A stretch of DNA of 62,401 nt, counting the filler, from an uncultured Gemmatimonadota bacterium (GTDB taxonomy: Bacteria; GCA-2686955): NCBI GenBank assembly GCA_964490075.1. It is 3 parts of 3 records of this genome, joined end to end, with 100 filler letters (N's around TTAATTAATTAA, not from the genome) between each part and the next. Parts side by side here need not be neighbours in the genome. Positions count along the whole stretch, not along the records: positions 1 to 20,848 come from CAZBBK010000082.1; 2 more parts are not named here. One strand, given 5' to 3'. The notes under the pieces were generated by a model, which worked only from the letters and a program-made list of their open reading frames with translations, was not told where the DNA came from and did not search any database. The translations under genes and the position numbers were made by a program. Each line of letters begins with the position of its first letter. Position 1 is the first letter of the stretch. Positions 1-9,574 of this stretch are shown here, piece after piece.

Positions 1-976
1 ACTCGGCGGAGTTGCCGAGGAAGAGGTTTTGGGAGAGGGTGACGGACTGGTAGAGGCCGGTCGTCAGGGCACCACCATTTCCCGATTCGCGTTCGCTGTT
101 GTCCGCTCGGGCGATGTTGCGCACGAAGGTGTTGTGGATGAAGGGCGCCCCGGAGGTGCCGTGAGAAGCCCCTCCCTGGTGCGCTTCGTTGCCTTCGAAG
201 TAGTTCCCGGTGACGAGGTAGTCGGGAGCAAAGTCGCCGCCGGTCAGACCCAGCGCGCCCGACGTGCTCTGGCCATGACTCTCCTTGATCCCATTGAAGA
301 TGAACACATTGTCCTTGATCAGACCGACGCCGTCTCTGCTGCCCAGAAGGAAGAGCCCCGCTCCGTACGATTCGTAGCTCATCACCTGGTTGTTGCTGAA
401 CCAGTTGTCGCGAATGATCGCGCTGGCCCAGCCCGCGACGTTGGCGCCACCGCCGTGGTTGCTGCCGATGTTGCCCCAGATCGAGCAGCCTTCGACGAGA
501 GTCCGTTCAGCTCTTAACAGAAGGCTGTGGTTGCCCCCGATCACTTGATGATCGAAGCCATGGATCCAGCAGTTCTTCACGCTGACACCACCGTCGCCGG
601 GATCGATATCAAGGCCCCGGCGGAAAGCCGGTCCACTCGGCCCTTCGCCACCGAAATCGAAGCCGTCGACCGTGACATCGGCATCGGGCCATGAATCGGT
701 GCGAAACAGATCGGTGCCGACATCGATCCCCCGCCACTTGGTCAGCGTCGGTCCACCCTCGGCCAGCAAGGTCAGCCCTTTGTCGCTCACCACATGCTCG
801 ACATAAGTCGCCGGCATCACCAACACCGTGTCGCCGGTGGCGGCCCGGTCCACGCCGCCCTGAATCGTCGTGATCTCCTCGCCCGGTCCCACCCGCAGGG
901 TGGCGGCCGAAGCACCGGCCGCCACCCAAAGCGAGACAAGGGTCCGCGCGAGGATCCTCAGAATCGGGCCGATCAC
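1..976 (-). CDS. Secreted right-handed parallel beta-helix (pectate-lyase-like) repeat protein, partial (runs off the left end)
   Basis: Not in the ORF track because it has no stop in the window. Manual translation from GTG 976 gives VIGPILRILARTLVSLWVAAGASA-ATLRVGPGEEITTIQGGVDRAATGDTVLVMPATY, i.e. a signal peptide plus the typical TIQ..D.A..GDTVLV.P.TY start, followed by Asn-ladder repeats (IWGN, WFSNN, YFEGN, TFVRN, LFLGN). Confidence 0.8.
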   Translation of the reverse strand, partial: MIGPILRILARTLVSLWVAAGASAATLRVGPGEEITTIQGGVDRAATGDTVLVMPATYVEHVVSDKGLTLLAEGGPTLTKWRGIDVGTDLFRTDSWPDADVTVDGFDFGGEGPSGPAFRRGLDIDPGDGGVSVKNCWIHGFDHQVIGGNHSLLLRAERTLVEGCSIWGNIGSNHGGGANVAGWASAIIRDNWFSNNQVMSYESYGAGLFLLGSRDGVGLIKDNVFIFNGIKESHGQSTSGALGLTGGDFAPDYLVTGNYFEGNEAHQGGASHGTSGAPFIHNTFVRNIARADNSERESGNGGALTTGLYQSVTLSQNLFLGNSAE

Positions 977-1209
977 TGCGGCGGCCCCGAGTTGAGCACG
1001 ATGCTGCCGGTGGTGACGGTTTCCTCCCAGAAGGTGCGATCCATGATCGCCTCCTGCACCTGCCCGTTGACGTTCTCCATATGGCCGCTCAGCTTCACGT
1101 AGGGGACCAAGAAGGGCCCTCCGAGGGAGCGTCGGCGGTTGAAGTCGCAGTGTACATGATAAAGGCCCGTGGCCGGGCCGTCCGCGTAGGTATCGTGGGT
1201 CTCGGCAGA
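973..1209 (-). pseudogene. Internally deleted remnant paralog of the GH50-like gene at 41806-43978
   Basis: 962-1118 matches 41795-41951 (13 mismatches in 157 nt by eye) and 1140-1209 matches 43839-43908 (5 in 70). About 1.9 kb of catalytic core is absent. Confidence 0.8.
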
Positions 1210-1254
1210 CGCCTTCCTGCTTCTCCGATTGTCAGCCTGCCAGGGGTTCACGGG

Positions 1255-2307
1255 CTACGCGACTTCGCTGGGATCCTGGAGGGCCAGCCGGCGCAAGGCC
1301 GCCGCTACCTGTTCCCGCACCACCGGGTCGGGATCGTCCGCCGCCGCCTTCAGAGCCCCGAGCGCGGCCGGTGTCCGGCGGTTGCCGGCCACCACCGCCG
1401 CGTTCCTGAGCAGCCCGCGGCGCCCGAGCCGAGCCGCCGCCGATCCGCGGCGCAGGGCCCGCAGCTCCTCGTCGCTCATGGCGAGGATCCGCTCGGCGCT
1501 CAGATCGGTCCACACCTCGCGCGGCGCGAAGGCCGGATCCTCGGTGGTCGCGGCGCCGGTGTTCCAGGGGCAGACCTCCTGGCAGAGATCGCAGCCGACC
1601 AGCCAGTCGCCGCATGCGCCGCGCATCGCCTCGTCGATCGCGCCGCGATGCTCGATGGTGCTGTAGGAGATGCAGCGCCGGGCGTCGACGATCCGCGGCT
1701 CGACGATCGCCCTCGTGGGGCAGCTCGGAAGGCAGTCGCTGCAGGTGCCGCAGCGGTCGGGATGGGGCTCCGAGGGCTCCAAGTCGAGCGTCGTTAGCAC
1801 GACCGCCAGAAAGACCCAGGAGCCGAAGCCGGTGGTGATCAGGCAGCCGTTCTTGCCGATCCAACCGAGGCCCGCGCGCCACGCCCAGACCTTCTCGAGC
1901 ACCGGGCCGGTGTCGACGTAGCCGCGGCTGCGGGATGCCGGCTCCCGCTCATGGAGCGCGGCCTCTAGACGCCGCACCCGCGGCAACAGGATCTCGTGGT
2001 AGTCGCGGCCGAGCGCGTAGCGCGAGATGCGCAATCCGGGCGCCGGGCGATCGGTCGCATCGCATCCGTAGGAGACCGCCAGGACGATCACCGAGCGCAC
2101 GCCAGGCAGCACACGCTCGGGATCGATGCGCTTTTCCAGTCCGCGCTGGAGATAGCCCATCGAGGCGTGCATGCCGGCGTCGATCCAACGCCGATAGCCC
2201 TCCTCGGCGCCGTCCGCATGCCGCGGCGCGGCGGCGGCGATCCCGGCCAGGTCGAAGCCCGCTTCGCGCGCAGATGCCAGGACCGACGAGCGGGAGACTC
2301 GACTCAA
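1255..2307 (-). CDS. queG: Epoxyqueuosine reductase
   Basis: ISRYALGRDYH, YVDTGPVLEK, GLGWIGKN, CGTCSDCLPSCPT, GCDLCQEVCPWN and a C-terminal HEAT-like tail. Confidence 0.95.
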   Translation of the reverse strand: MSRVSRSSVLASAREAGFDLAGIAAAAPRHADGAEEGYRRWIDAGMHASMGYLQRGLEKRIDPERVLPGVRSVIVLAVSYGCDATDRPAPGLRISRYALGRDYHEILLPRVRRLEAALHEREPASRSRGYVDTGPVLEKVWAWRAGLGWIGKNGCLITTGFGSWVFLAVVLTTLDLEPSEPHPDRCGTCSDCLPSCPTRAIVEPRIVDARRCISYSTIEHRGAIDEAMRGACGDWLVGCDLCQEVCPWNTGAATTEDPAFAPREVWTDLSAERILAMSDEELRALRRGSAAARLGRRGLLRNAAVVAGNRRTPAALGALKAAADDPDPVVREQVAAALRRLALQDPSEVA

Positions 2308-2528
2308 ATGGGCGCCGTGCAGCCCCTGCCGCCACCACAGTGGTCACCCGGCTCGCACTCGGGCACCTGGCAGCCGTCGGGGCGCGCTCCACCCGGCGCC
2401 GCGAACGAGGAGAGCAGCCTGCGCAACGCGACCGAGCCGCAGGCCGGGCAGGCGACTCTGCTGTCCGCGCGCACCAGTTCCTCGAAGACCTCCTGGCAGT
2501 CGGAGCATGCGAACTCGTAGATCGGCAT
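2304..2528 (-). CDS. FmdB-family zinc-ribbon protein
   Basis: MPIYEFACSDC...CPACGS...LLSSF signature; 4-nt overlap with queG. Confidence 0.9.
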   Translation of the reverse strand: MPIYEFACSDCQEVFEELVRADSRVACPACGSVALRRLLSSFAAPGGARPDGCQVPECEPGDHCGGGRGCTAPI

Positions 2529-2537
2529 GGAGCGCCG

Positions 2538-3626
2538 CTAGCCGATCTGGCCGCGCACCCGCACCTCGATCTCGGGTTCGTCGGCATCGTTGGTGAAGAT
2601 CGTCACCCGCTCGTCGAAGGTGCCGCGCGGCAGCTCGCCGTTGATCGTCAGCACCACCTCGTGGGCGGCCCCGTTCTCGACGCTGCTGACCGTGGCCTGC
2701 ATGCCCTCGAAGCTCGACTCCACCTTCTGGATCTCCAGCTCCGCGCCGCCCCGATGGGTCACCCGGATGGTCTTGGTGATCGGCTCCTCGACCTTTTCCG
2801 GCAGATTGCCCAGGAAGACCCGGCTGGGCCGCACCTGAACCAGGCCGCGCACGTTGCCGCGCACCTGCATGGTCATCTTCTCGACCTTGGTGCTGTTGGT
2901 GAAGAGGTCGACGGTGGCGCTGACGCGACCGACCGGAGCGGTCGCGGAGAGGCTGATCTCGAGCTCGTAGTCGCCCTCGATCGGGTTTCCCTCCTCGTCG
3001 ACCTTGGTCTCGTCGATCGCTGTGCTCTCGACCGTGATCAGGGGATCGCTCGACTCGATCTTGTCGATCTGCAGATCGAGCTCCTCTTCGTAAGAGACCA
3101 GCGTGACCTTCTTGAAGGCGGCCTCGCCGCGGTCGGCACGCAGGAAGACGTGCTGGCTCGGCAGCAGGTCGAGGAAGGGCTTCACCGTCGCCTTGGCCTG
3201 CAGGTGCACCTTGGCGTTGGCCGGGTCGTTGGAGTTGATGGTGATGGTCTTGCTGATCGGCCCGCGGAAGCGCTTGGTGTCGATCGTGGCGTCGATGGTG
3301 CCCGACTCGCCGGCCTTCACGGTCTTGGTGAACTCGGCGACTGTGCAGCCGCAGGAGGGCTTGGCCGAATCGATGATCAGGTCGGAGCCTCCGGTGTTCT
3401 TGAAGGTGAAGACGTACTGGGCCTTGTCGCCCTTGGGCACCTCACCCAGATCGAGCGTGGTGGCGTCGAAGCTGATGACCGGAGCGTTGGGATCGGGGGC
3501 GACCGCCTCGGCACCACTGCCGCTCTCGGCGGCGACCGGCGCCTCGTCCTGCGCGAACGCGTTGAGTGCGAACATCAAGCATCCGGCGGAGAGAAGAGCC
3601 GCCGCTCTCTGAGCTGCTATGCGCAT
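2538..3626 (-). CDS. Secreted DUF1573 (Ig-like repeat) protein
   Basis: GGAGG RBS before ATG 3626, signal peptide, FTFKNTG..L.I....PSCGCT motif and further Ig-like repeats. Confidence 0.85.
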   Translation of the reverse strand: MRIAAQRAAALLSAGCLMFALNAFAQDEAPVAAESGSGAEAVAPDPNAPVISFDATTLDLGEVPKGDKAQYVFTFKNTGGSDLIIDSAKPSCGCTVAEFTKTVKAGESGTIDATIDTKRFRGPISKTITINSNDPANAKVHLQAKATVKPFLDLLPSQHVFLRADRGEAAFKKVTLVSYEEELDLQIDKIESSDPLITVESTAIDETKVDEEGNPIEGDYELEISLSATAPVGRVSATVDLFTNSTKVEKMTMQVRGNVRGLVQVRPSRVFLGNLPEKVEEPITKTIRVTHRGGAELEIQKVESSFEGMQATVSSVENGAAHEVVLTINGELPRGTFDERVTIFTNDADEPEIEVRVRGQIG

Positions 3627-3712
3627 GAGGTCCTCCTGCGGCCTGCACCGCACGGAAATCTGGGGAACGGCTCGACGGGCCAACTGCTGGTCCCGGCCTA
3701 TCGCGAAGTCGT

Positions 3713-3742
3713 GATCGGGATCGGATCGGATCGGATCGGGAT
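3713..3742. repeat. Short pentamer tandem repeat (GATCG)n in an intergenic region
   Basis: gatcgggatcggatcggatcggatcgggat seen directly. Confidence 0.6.
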
Positions 3743-3849
3743 GGAAAAGCGAAGATTAGCGCCGAAAGCGCCGGGCGTTCAAGCGGCGGGTCGCGTTCGA
3801 CGCTCCTCGCCATACGCGCCGCGCCCTTCGCTCGGTTCCCGGGGTGGGG

Positions 3850-4842
3850 TCACTCATGCCCGACCACACGGGTCATCAATGCCGGAACCACCTCGTCGGC
3901 GCTCACCGTGCCGTCGAGCAGGCCGTTCACGGCCGAGGTGATTGGCGCGTCGATCCGGCGCCGCCGGGCGAAGCGATGGATGACCCGCGTGGTGTGCACC
4001 CCTTCGGCGACGTGGCCCAGGGTGCGGAGGATCTCGCTCAAACTCCTGCCGCGTCCGAGCTCCATGCCAACGGTGAAGTTGCGGCTCAGCGGGCTCGAAC
4101 AGGTGGCGATCAGATCGCCGATTCCCGCCAGCCCGGAAAAGGTGCGCTCGTCGGCCCCGAGCTCGGCGCCGAGCCGGGCCATCTCGGCCATGGCGCGGGT
4201 CAACATCCCGGCGCGGGCGTTGATTCCCAGCCCGATCCCCTCCACGAAGCCCGACGCCAGCGCGATCACGTTCTTGAGCGCGCCGGCGACTTCGACCCCG
4301 GCGACGTCGCGGTTGCCGTAGATCCGAAATAGGGTCGATGCCAGGGCGGCGCGCGTGGCCTCGATCACCTCGTCGAAACGCGACGCCACGACCGTGGCGG
4401 CCGGCTCGCCGGCAAGGATCTCGGCCGACAGATTCGGCCCGGCCAGGACCCCGATCTTGCGCGCGCAGGTCTCCTGCATCAGCACCTCGCTCATGCGCAG
4501 ATCGCTGCCCCGCTCCAGCCCCTTGGTGGCGTGCACCACCAGGTGGGCGCCGTCGATATGATCGCCGAGCTCGGTCGCCACACCGCGAAAGACCTGCGAG
4601 GGCACCGCCATCACGATCAGCGGGCAGTTCCGCAGCGCCGCCAGGTCGGTGGTCGCGACCACGCACGGATGGAGCCGCACCTGCCCGGTGTAGTCGGGAG
4701 AGATGTGCTCGCCGTTGATCCGGTCCCGCACCGCCGCACGGCGCACCCGCAGCAGCACCTCGCTGCCCGCCACCGCCGCCAGGTGAGCCAGAGTGGTGCC
4801 CCACGAGCCTCCGCCGACGACGCCGATCCGGCGCTCGCTCAT
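3850..4842 (-). CDS. gpsA: NAD(P)H-dependent glycerol-3-phosphate dehydrogenase
   Basis: GGGSWGTTLA, TKGLE, GPNLS, GALKNVIA, GIGDLIATCSSPLSRN, AEGV. Start ATG 4842 overlaps the upstream stop. Confidence 0.95.
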   Translation of the reverse strand: MSERRIGVVGGGSWGTTLAHLAAVAGSEVLLRVRRAAVRDRINGEHISPDYTGQVRLHPCVVATTDLAALRNCPLIVMAVPSQVFRGVATELGDHIDGAHLVVHATKGLERGSDLRMSEVLMQETCARKIGVLAGPNLSAEILAGEPAATVVASRFDEVIEATRAALASTLFRIYGNRDVAGVEVAGALKNVIALASGFVEGIGLGINARAGMLTRAMAEMARLGAELGADERTFSGLAGIGDLIATCSSPLSRNFTVGMELGRGRSLSEILRTLGHVAEGVHTTRVIHRFARRRRIDAPITSAVNGLLDGTVSADEVVPALMTRVVGHE

Positions 4843-6686
4843 GACCGCCCCTCCGCCTCCCGCTCGACCGCGGCCGAGGGCTTGCTCTCCCGCAGCTCGG
4901 CGTCGGGCTCGTCCGGCTCGCGCTCGCGCCGCCACCGCCGCCGCGACATGATCTCGGGAACCTCGGCGTCCTCCGCCCGGGCGATGCGCCGCAGGCGGCG
5001 TGGGATCTCGCGCATGGCGATCGCCGTGTCGAGATCGCCGGGGGCGCCGATCAGCACGCCCGAGGCCGCATCGTCGCGCTGCGGCAGCTGCTCCTCCAGG
5101 CGGTATCCCTCGAGACGATTCTGGTAGAAGAGCAACAGGCGCAGATCGGCGGCCAGCAGACGCGACCCGTCGGCCCGAACCGCCGTGCGGGTGTGATGTC
5201 CGCCGAAGATCTGGATCGCCTTGTCGACCACGGCGGCGGCCGAGTCCCCGTCGGCCTGTCCGTAGAGCCGCACCCGACCGGCGTCGCGCAATCGCCGCAG
5301 CAGGTCGCGCAGAGCGGCCACATCTTCCTCGATCCGCTCCCGCTCCACCGACAGAGTGCCGTCGCGGCGCAGGAAGCGGTAGAGATCCTCGTCGCAAAAT
5401 CGCTGCCGCACCCGCTGGAAAAGCGCGCGCGCCAGAATATGGGTCGGCAGGACGGTGTTGTCGCGGTGGAAGATCTCGGTGATCCGCTCTCCCAGCAGCC
5501 GGGTGTACTCCTGGTCGCGCGCCGGATCCACGTCCACCTCGCCCGCCACCCGAAAGTAGCTGGCCAGGTCGACCGGGCGGCCGCGCGGGTCGTGCGACAC
5601 ACCGTGCGCATCGACCTCGTTGCCGAGCAGGTCGATCGGCTGGCCGAAGTGCAGGTGGAAGCTGGAATCGATGCGCAGCAGATGGAACAAGAACGACGCG
5701 ATCCTGCCGAGTCGCGACGATTCGTCGTCGGTGATGATGAAGCGCTGCTGGCCTTCTCGCTTCAGGTGCTCGTTGATCAATGTCTCCGCTTCCAGCACCA
5801 GAGCGTAGCTCAGAGTCGCCGGCACGATCACGATCGGAGCTCCGGGAGTATTCTGTCGCAACCTGGCGGCCTGCGCCGGAAAAGCCGTACCCAAGAGCCC
5901 GAGCTTCAGGTGCTGCTCGATCCGGTTGTCGCGCGAGCGGGTTCCCCCGGGGAAGAAGAGCGAATGGTAGCCGCGCTCCAGCAACACTTGCGAGTAGATC
6001 TTCAGCACCTCTTTGTAGAGCGCGAAGCGCAGCCGCCGGTCGACTCGATAGGCTCCCAGGTTGTGCATGAAGAAGGTGAAGACCCGGTTCGAGAACAGGT
6101 TCTTGCCGGCGCCGTAGGTAACCGGGGGCAGGCCCAGAGCGGAAAGCGCCCAGCCCACCACCAGGCTGTCCAGGTTGGAGGAGTGGCTCGGCACGTAGAC
6201 CAGCGTCGCCTTGGTGGCCAGCGCGCGAATGGTGTCGATCTCACCGCCCAGGCTGGCCCGGGCGGCCAGGCCGCGGAACATCTTGAGCTTACGATCCAGG
6301 CTGCCGGCGTTGAGCAGCGCCGCCAGGACCAGCGGAATGGTGCGCGCCGCGAAGCCGTAGACCCGGGGGTTGAAGTTGCCGGCGATGTCGCGGGTGTGGT
6401 GCCGGACCAGCTTCCATGCCTGGGTCTCGATCCAGTGCCGGTCGCGGCGCGGCAGCTGGCGCCGCAGCGCCAGCCAGCGGGCGAGCTGGCGCCGTCCACT
6501 GCGCGAAGGACTGGCGCGATAGCGAGCGACCTCGTGGAACACCGCGTCATTGAGCAATCGCTCCAGGGCCCCGCGATCGTCGGTATCCGCCACCGCGCGC
6601 ATGACCCGCCGCTCCACGTCGGCGATGATCGCCGCGCGCTCGTCGTTGAAGTCGAAGAGTCGGGATCCGGGGGGACGCTTGGCCAT
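4839..6686 (-). CDS. Glycerol-3-phosphate acyltransferase (PlsB/PlsC-superfamily)
   Basis: HSSNLD (HxxxxD), AGKNL, GAYRVDR and FFPGGTRSR blocks; coupled to gpsA. Confidence 0.85.
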   Translation of the reverse strand: MAKRPPGSRLFDFNDERAAIIADVERRVMRAVADTDDRGALERLLNDAVFHEVARYRASPSRSGRRQLARWLALRRQLPRRDRHWIETQAWKLVRHHTRDIAGNFNPRVYGFAARTIPLVLAALLNAGSLDRKLKMFRGLAARASLGGEIDTIRALATKATLVYVPSHSSNLDSLVVGWALSALGLPPVTYGAGKNLFSNRVFTFFMHNLGAYRVDRRLRFALYKEVLKIYSQVLLERGYHSLFFPGGTRSRDNRIEQHLKLGLLGTAFPAQAARLRQNTPGAPIVIVPATLSYALVLEAETLINEHLKREGQQRFIITDDESSRLGRIASFLFHLLRIDSSFHLHFGQPIDLLGNEVDAHGVSHDPRGRPVDLASYFRVAGEVDVDPARDQEYTRLLGERITEIFHRDNTVLPTHILARALFQRVRQRFCDEDLYRFLRRDGTLSVERERIEEDVAALRDLLRRLRDAGRVRLYGQADGDSAAAVVDKAIQIFGGHHTRTAVRADGSRLLAADLRLLLFYQNRLEGYRLEEQLPQRDDAASGVLIGAPGDLDTAIAMREIPRRLRRIARAEDAEVPEIMSRRRWRREREPDEPDAELRESKPSAAVEREAEGRS

Positions 6687-6746
6687 GGACCGTCCGGTGG
6701 CGGGGGGCGCTGGGCTGCTGAATAGGAATGACGCACCGGGCCTGCG

Positions 6747-9425
6747 TCAAGAGTGACGGGCGGCCAGCGCGTCGCGCACGAAGCGTAGCAGCTTCGGTAT
6801 CCGGAACGGCTTCTCGAGGAAGAGGCTGCGCTCGACCTCCTCCTCTTCCTTGGACGCCGGCGTGTAGCCGGATAGGTAGAGGACTCCGAGCTCGGCGAAG
6901 CGTCCCCGCATCGCCCGCGCGAGCTGCCAGCCGTTCATGCCCGGCATCACCACGTCGGTCACCAGCAGGTCGGGCTCGGCTCCTTGCTCTACCCGCTCAA
7001 GCGCCTCCGCACCCGCCCCGTCGACCACCACCGAGTAGCCCTGGGCGCGCAACGCCGCACGGACCACGTCGCGCAGCGCCTGGTCGTCCTCGCAGACCAG
7101 GATCGTCGCGTCGCCGACCGGCTCCAGAGCCGCCAGCTCCGCCGCCGGAACCGACGCCGGTCCTTCGGCGTGCGGCAGCGTCACCGTGAGCGTGGTGCCG
7201 GCGCCGAGTGTGCTGTCGATCGTCACCTCGCCGCCGGCCTGGGTCACGATCCCGTAGACCGTGGCCAGGCCCAGTCCCGTGCCGCAGCCGGGCGGTTTGG
7301 TGGTGAAGAAGGGCTCGAAGACGCGGCCGCGGATCGCGGGGTCGATCCCGGTCCCCGAATCCTCGAAGCCCAGCACCACGACCTCCGCCGGCGAGCCCCC
7401 CCGCTCCCCCCGGAGACGCGCCGAGCGGATGACCAGCTCGCCCCCATCGGCCATCGAGTCGCGAGCGTTGAGCACGATGTTCAGTGCCACCTGCTCGAGC
7501 TGCCCCGGATCCATCAACACGCAGCCGGCGTCCGGGTCGAGCATGAGCTTCATCGTGATGTGCTCGCCGATCAGGCGCGCCAGCATCTTCTGCATGCCGA
7601 TCAGAAGCCGATTCGGCTCGATCACCTCCGGCACCGCGATCTGCCGCCGGCTGAAGGCCAGCAGCTGGCGGGTCAACGCCCCCCCCTTCTCGGCCGCCTG
7701 CACCACCTGCTCCATGCTGTTCTGCAGGCGCCCCCCGTGCAGCGCCGCCTCCGAGAGATCGCTCAGGCAGAACTCGACGTGCCCCAGCACCACCGTCAGA
7801 AGGTTGTTGAAGTCATGGGCGATGCCGCCCGCCAGCTGCCCCACCGCCTCCATCTTCTGCGACTGCCGGAGCTGCTCCTCCAGCTCTTGCGCGCGCGTCA
7901 CGTCGCGCACCATCCCGAGCACGAACTCCTCTCCGCGCAGCCGGATCGGGTAGCCCGAGATCTCGGCGTCGAACACCGATCCGTCCTTGCGCTTCAGGGT
8001 GCCGCGCATGCGCGCCGCCTGGCCGGCGATCACCTTGGGAAAGAGCACCAGGCCGCGTTCCGGCGGCACCAGGTCGCGAACGCTCAGCTCCAAGAGCTCA
8101 TCCTCGGCGTAGCCGACCAGCTCGCAGAGCTTGCGGTTGACCAGCACGTAGCGGCCGTCGGCGGAGGCCAGACCGATCCCCTCTCCGGTCTGCTCGATGA
8201 TCGCCCGGAACAAGGTCTCGCTGTGGGTGAGCTCGTTGGTCAGCAGCAGGTTGGAGAACGCGTCGCCGATCCGCGCGCAAACGTCGTGGAAGAGCTTGCG
8301 CTCGAACATGCCCCAGTCGGTGTTCGGCTCGCAGTGGTGCAGCCCCAGCACCCAGGGCTCGCCGGTCTTCGGCCGGATGCAGATCGCCGCCTGCACCTGC
8401 ACGCAGCCCTTCTCGGGAAAGGGCAGCTCGACCAGTGGATCGGCCGCACGCAGCACCACCGGCTCGTCGATCGCCACCAGCTTGCGCCAGAAAGCGACGA
8501 TCGAATCGGTCACCGGCAGGCTCTCGCGCAGTCCTTCGACCGGCGGCTGCCCCGGAGCCCTGCTCTCGAAGGGGATCGACCAGAAGCTGGCGCGCGGATC
8601 GCAGGGCTGCATCAGCCAGGCACGGTCGGCGGCGAAGATCACCCGCACGGTCTCGACCAGCGCCTCCGCGGTGCGCGTGAACGATCCGTGGATGGCGCGA
8701 GTGACCTCGTGCATCGCCTCCAGGTAGCGCAGGTGCTGGGCCTGCACCCGGAGGGTGCGCCGGCGCTCCAGCTCGACCGCCGCGTGCAGCGCGAAGATCC
8801 GCATCAAGGTGACCGTGTCGACCAGGTCGGTCCGCCGGTGACTCTGCATGATCGCCAGGATCCCGGCCGCCCGCCCCTCGCCGTCGGTCAGGGGCACGCC
8901 GAGGTAGCACTCGATGCGATGGGCCTCGAGCCAAGCGTCGCGCGGGAAGCGCCGCCACACTTCGCCCTCGTAGAGGCGCACCCCTTCGCCGATCACCGTC
9001 TCGCAGGGCGTGCCCGCCAGCTGGTAGTCGAAGTCGGTGGTGATCTCGCCCCCGGCGACGAAAGCCAGGGTGCGAATCCGGTCGCGGCGCCGACCGGCCA
9101 GCTCGCCCACGAAGGCATATTCGGCGCCGACCGACTGGGCCAGGTGGCGCACCAGGGTCGGGAAGAAGTCGCCGCGCCCGGCCGCCTCGCGATAACGGTT
9201 GGCCGCCAGCAGGGTGTCGCGGGCGCGCTGACTTCGTTGCGCCTCCGCCCCTTCCAGCTCGGCCACGCGCTTGCGCAGCGACTGGATGGTCGCCCGGGCA
9301 TCCGCTGTTGCGCCGAGTTGGGTCACGAGCGATTCCTGTGCGCGAACCGCCCCTCCCATCCGTCGCGGGAGCCGCGGCGCCAGCGGCTCCGGTTTGGAGA
9401 CCGCATTCGCCGAGAGGCTCCGCAT
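6747..9425 (-). CDS. Hybrid sensor histidine kinase (GAF-GAF-PAS-HisKA-HATPase-REC)
   Basis: TPCETV GAF, PAS, QKMEAVGQLAGGIAHDFNNLL H-box, NARD, DSGTG, FEPFFTTK, GTGLGL, receiver VTDVVMPGMNG and KPF. Start inferred at ATG 9425. Confidence 0.92.
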   Translation of the reverse strand: MRSLSANAVSKPEPLAPRLPRRMGGAVRAQESLVTQLGATADARATIQSLRKRVAELEGAEAQRSQRARDTLLAANRYREAAGRGDFFPTLVRHLAQSVGAEYAFVGELAGRRRDRIRTLAFVAGGEITTDFDYQLAGTPCETVIGEGVRLYEGEVWRRFPRDAWLEAHRIECYLGVPLTDGEGRAAGILAIMQSHRRTDLVDTVTLMRIFALHAAVELERRRTLRVQAQHLRYLEAMHEVTRAIHGSFTRTAEALVETVRVIFAADRAWLMQPCDPRASFWSIPFESRAPGQPPVEGLRESLPVTDSIVAFWRKLVAIDEPVVLRAADPLVELPFPEKGCVQVQAAICIRPKTGEPWVLGLHHCEPNTDWGMFERKLFHDVCARIGDAFSNLLLTNELTHSETLFRAIIEQTGEGIGLASADGRYVLVNRKLCELVGYAEDELLELSVRDLVPPERGLVLFPKVIAGQAARMRGTLKRKDGSVFDAEISGYPIRLRGEEFVLGMVRDVTRAQELEEQLRQSQKMEAVGQLAGGIAHDFNNLLTVVLGHVEFCLSDLSEAALHGGRLQNSMEQVVQAAEKGGALTRQLLAFSRRQIAVPEVIEPNRLLIGMQKMLARLIGEHITMKLMLDPDAGCVLMDPGQLEQVALNIVLNARDSMADGGELVIRSARLRGERGGSPAEVVVLGFEDSGTGIDPAIRGRVFEPFFTTKPPGCGTGLGLATVYGIVTQAGGEVTIDSTLGAGTTLTVTLPHAEGPASVPAAELAALEPVGDATILVCEDDQALRDVVRAALRAQGYSVVVDGAGAEALERVEQGAEPDLLVTDVVMPGMNGWQLARAMRGRFAELGVLYLSGYTPASKEEEEVERSLFLEKPFRIPKLLRFVRDALAARHS

Positions 9426-9574
9426 CGCTTTCGAGCGCCGATCGGGCTCCTCGCTTCGGACGCGGTCACCGATGAGTTTTGCGTCCCCCACCTGGAACCT
9501 AGACCCTCCGCGGCGCCGGGCCAACACGAGCGGGCTCGAAAGGTCCCGGCGAAGCCGCCGGGACCCATCCGGTC

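Noticed and set aside
962-1118. Repeat pair with a gene 3' end as a diversity-generating retroelement TR/VR
   Set aside because: Mismatches are not confined to adenines in either copy, the N-terminal segment is also duplicated, and no reverse transcriptase is present.
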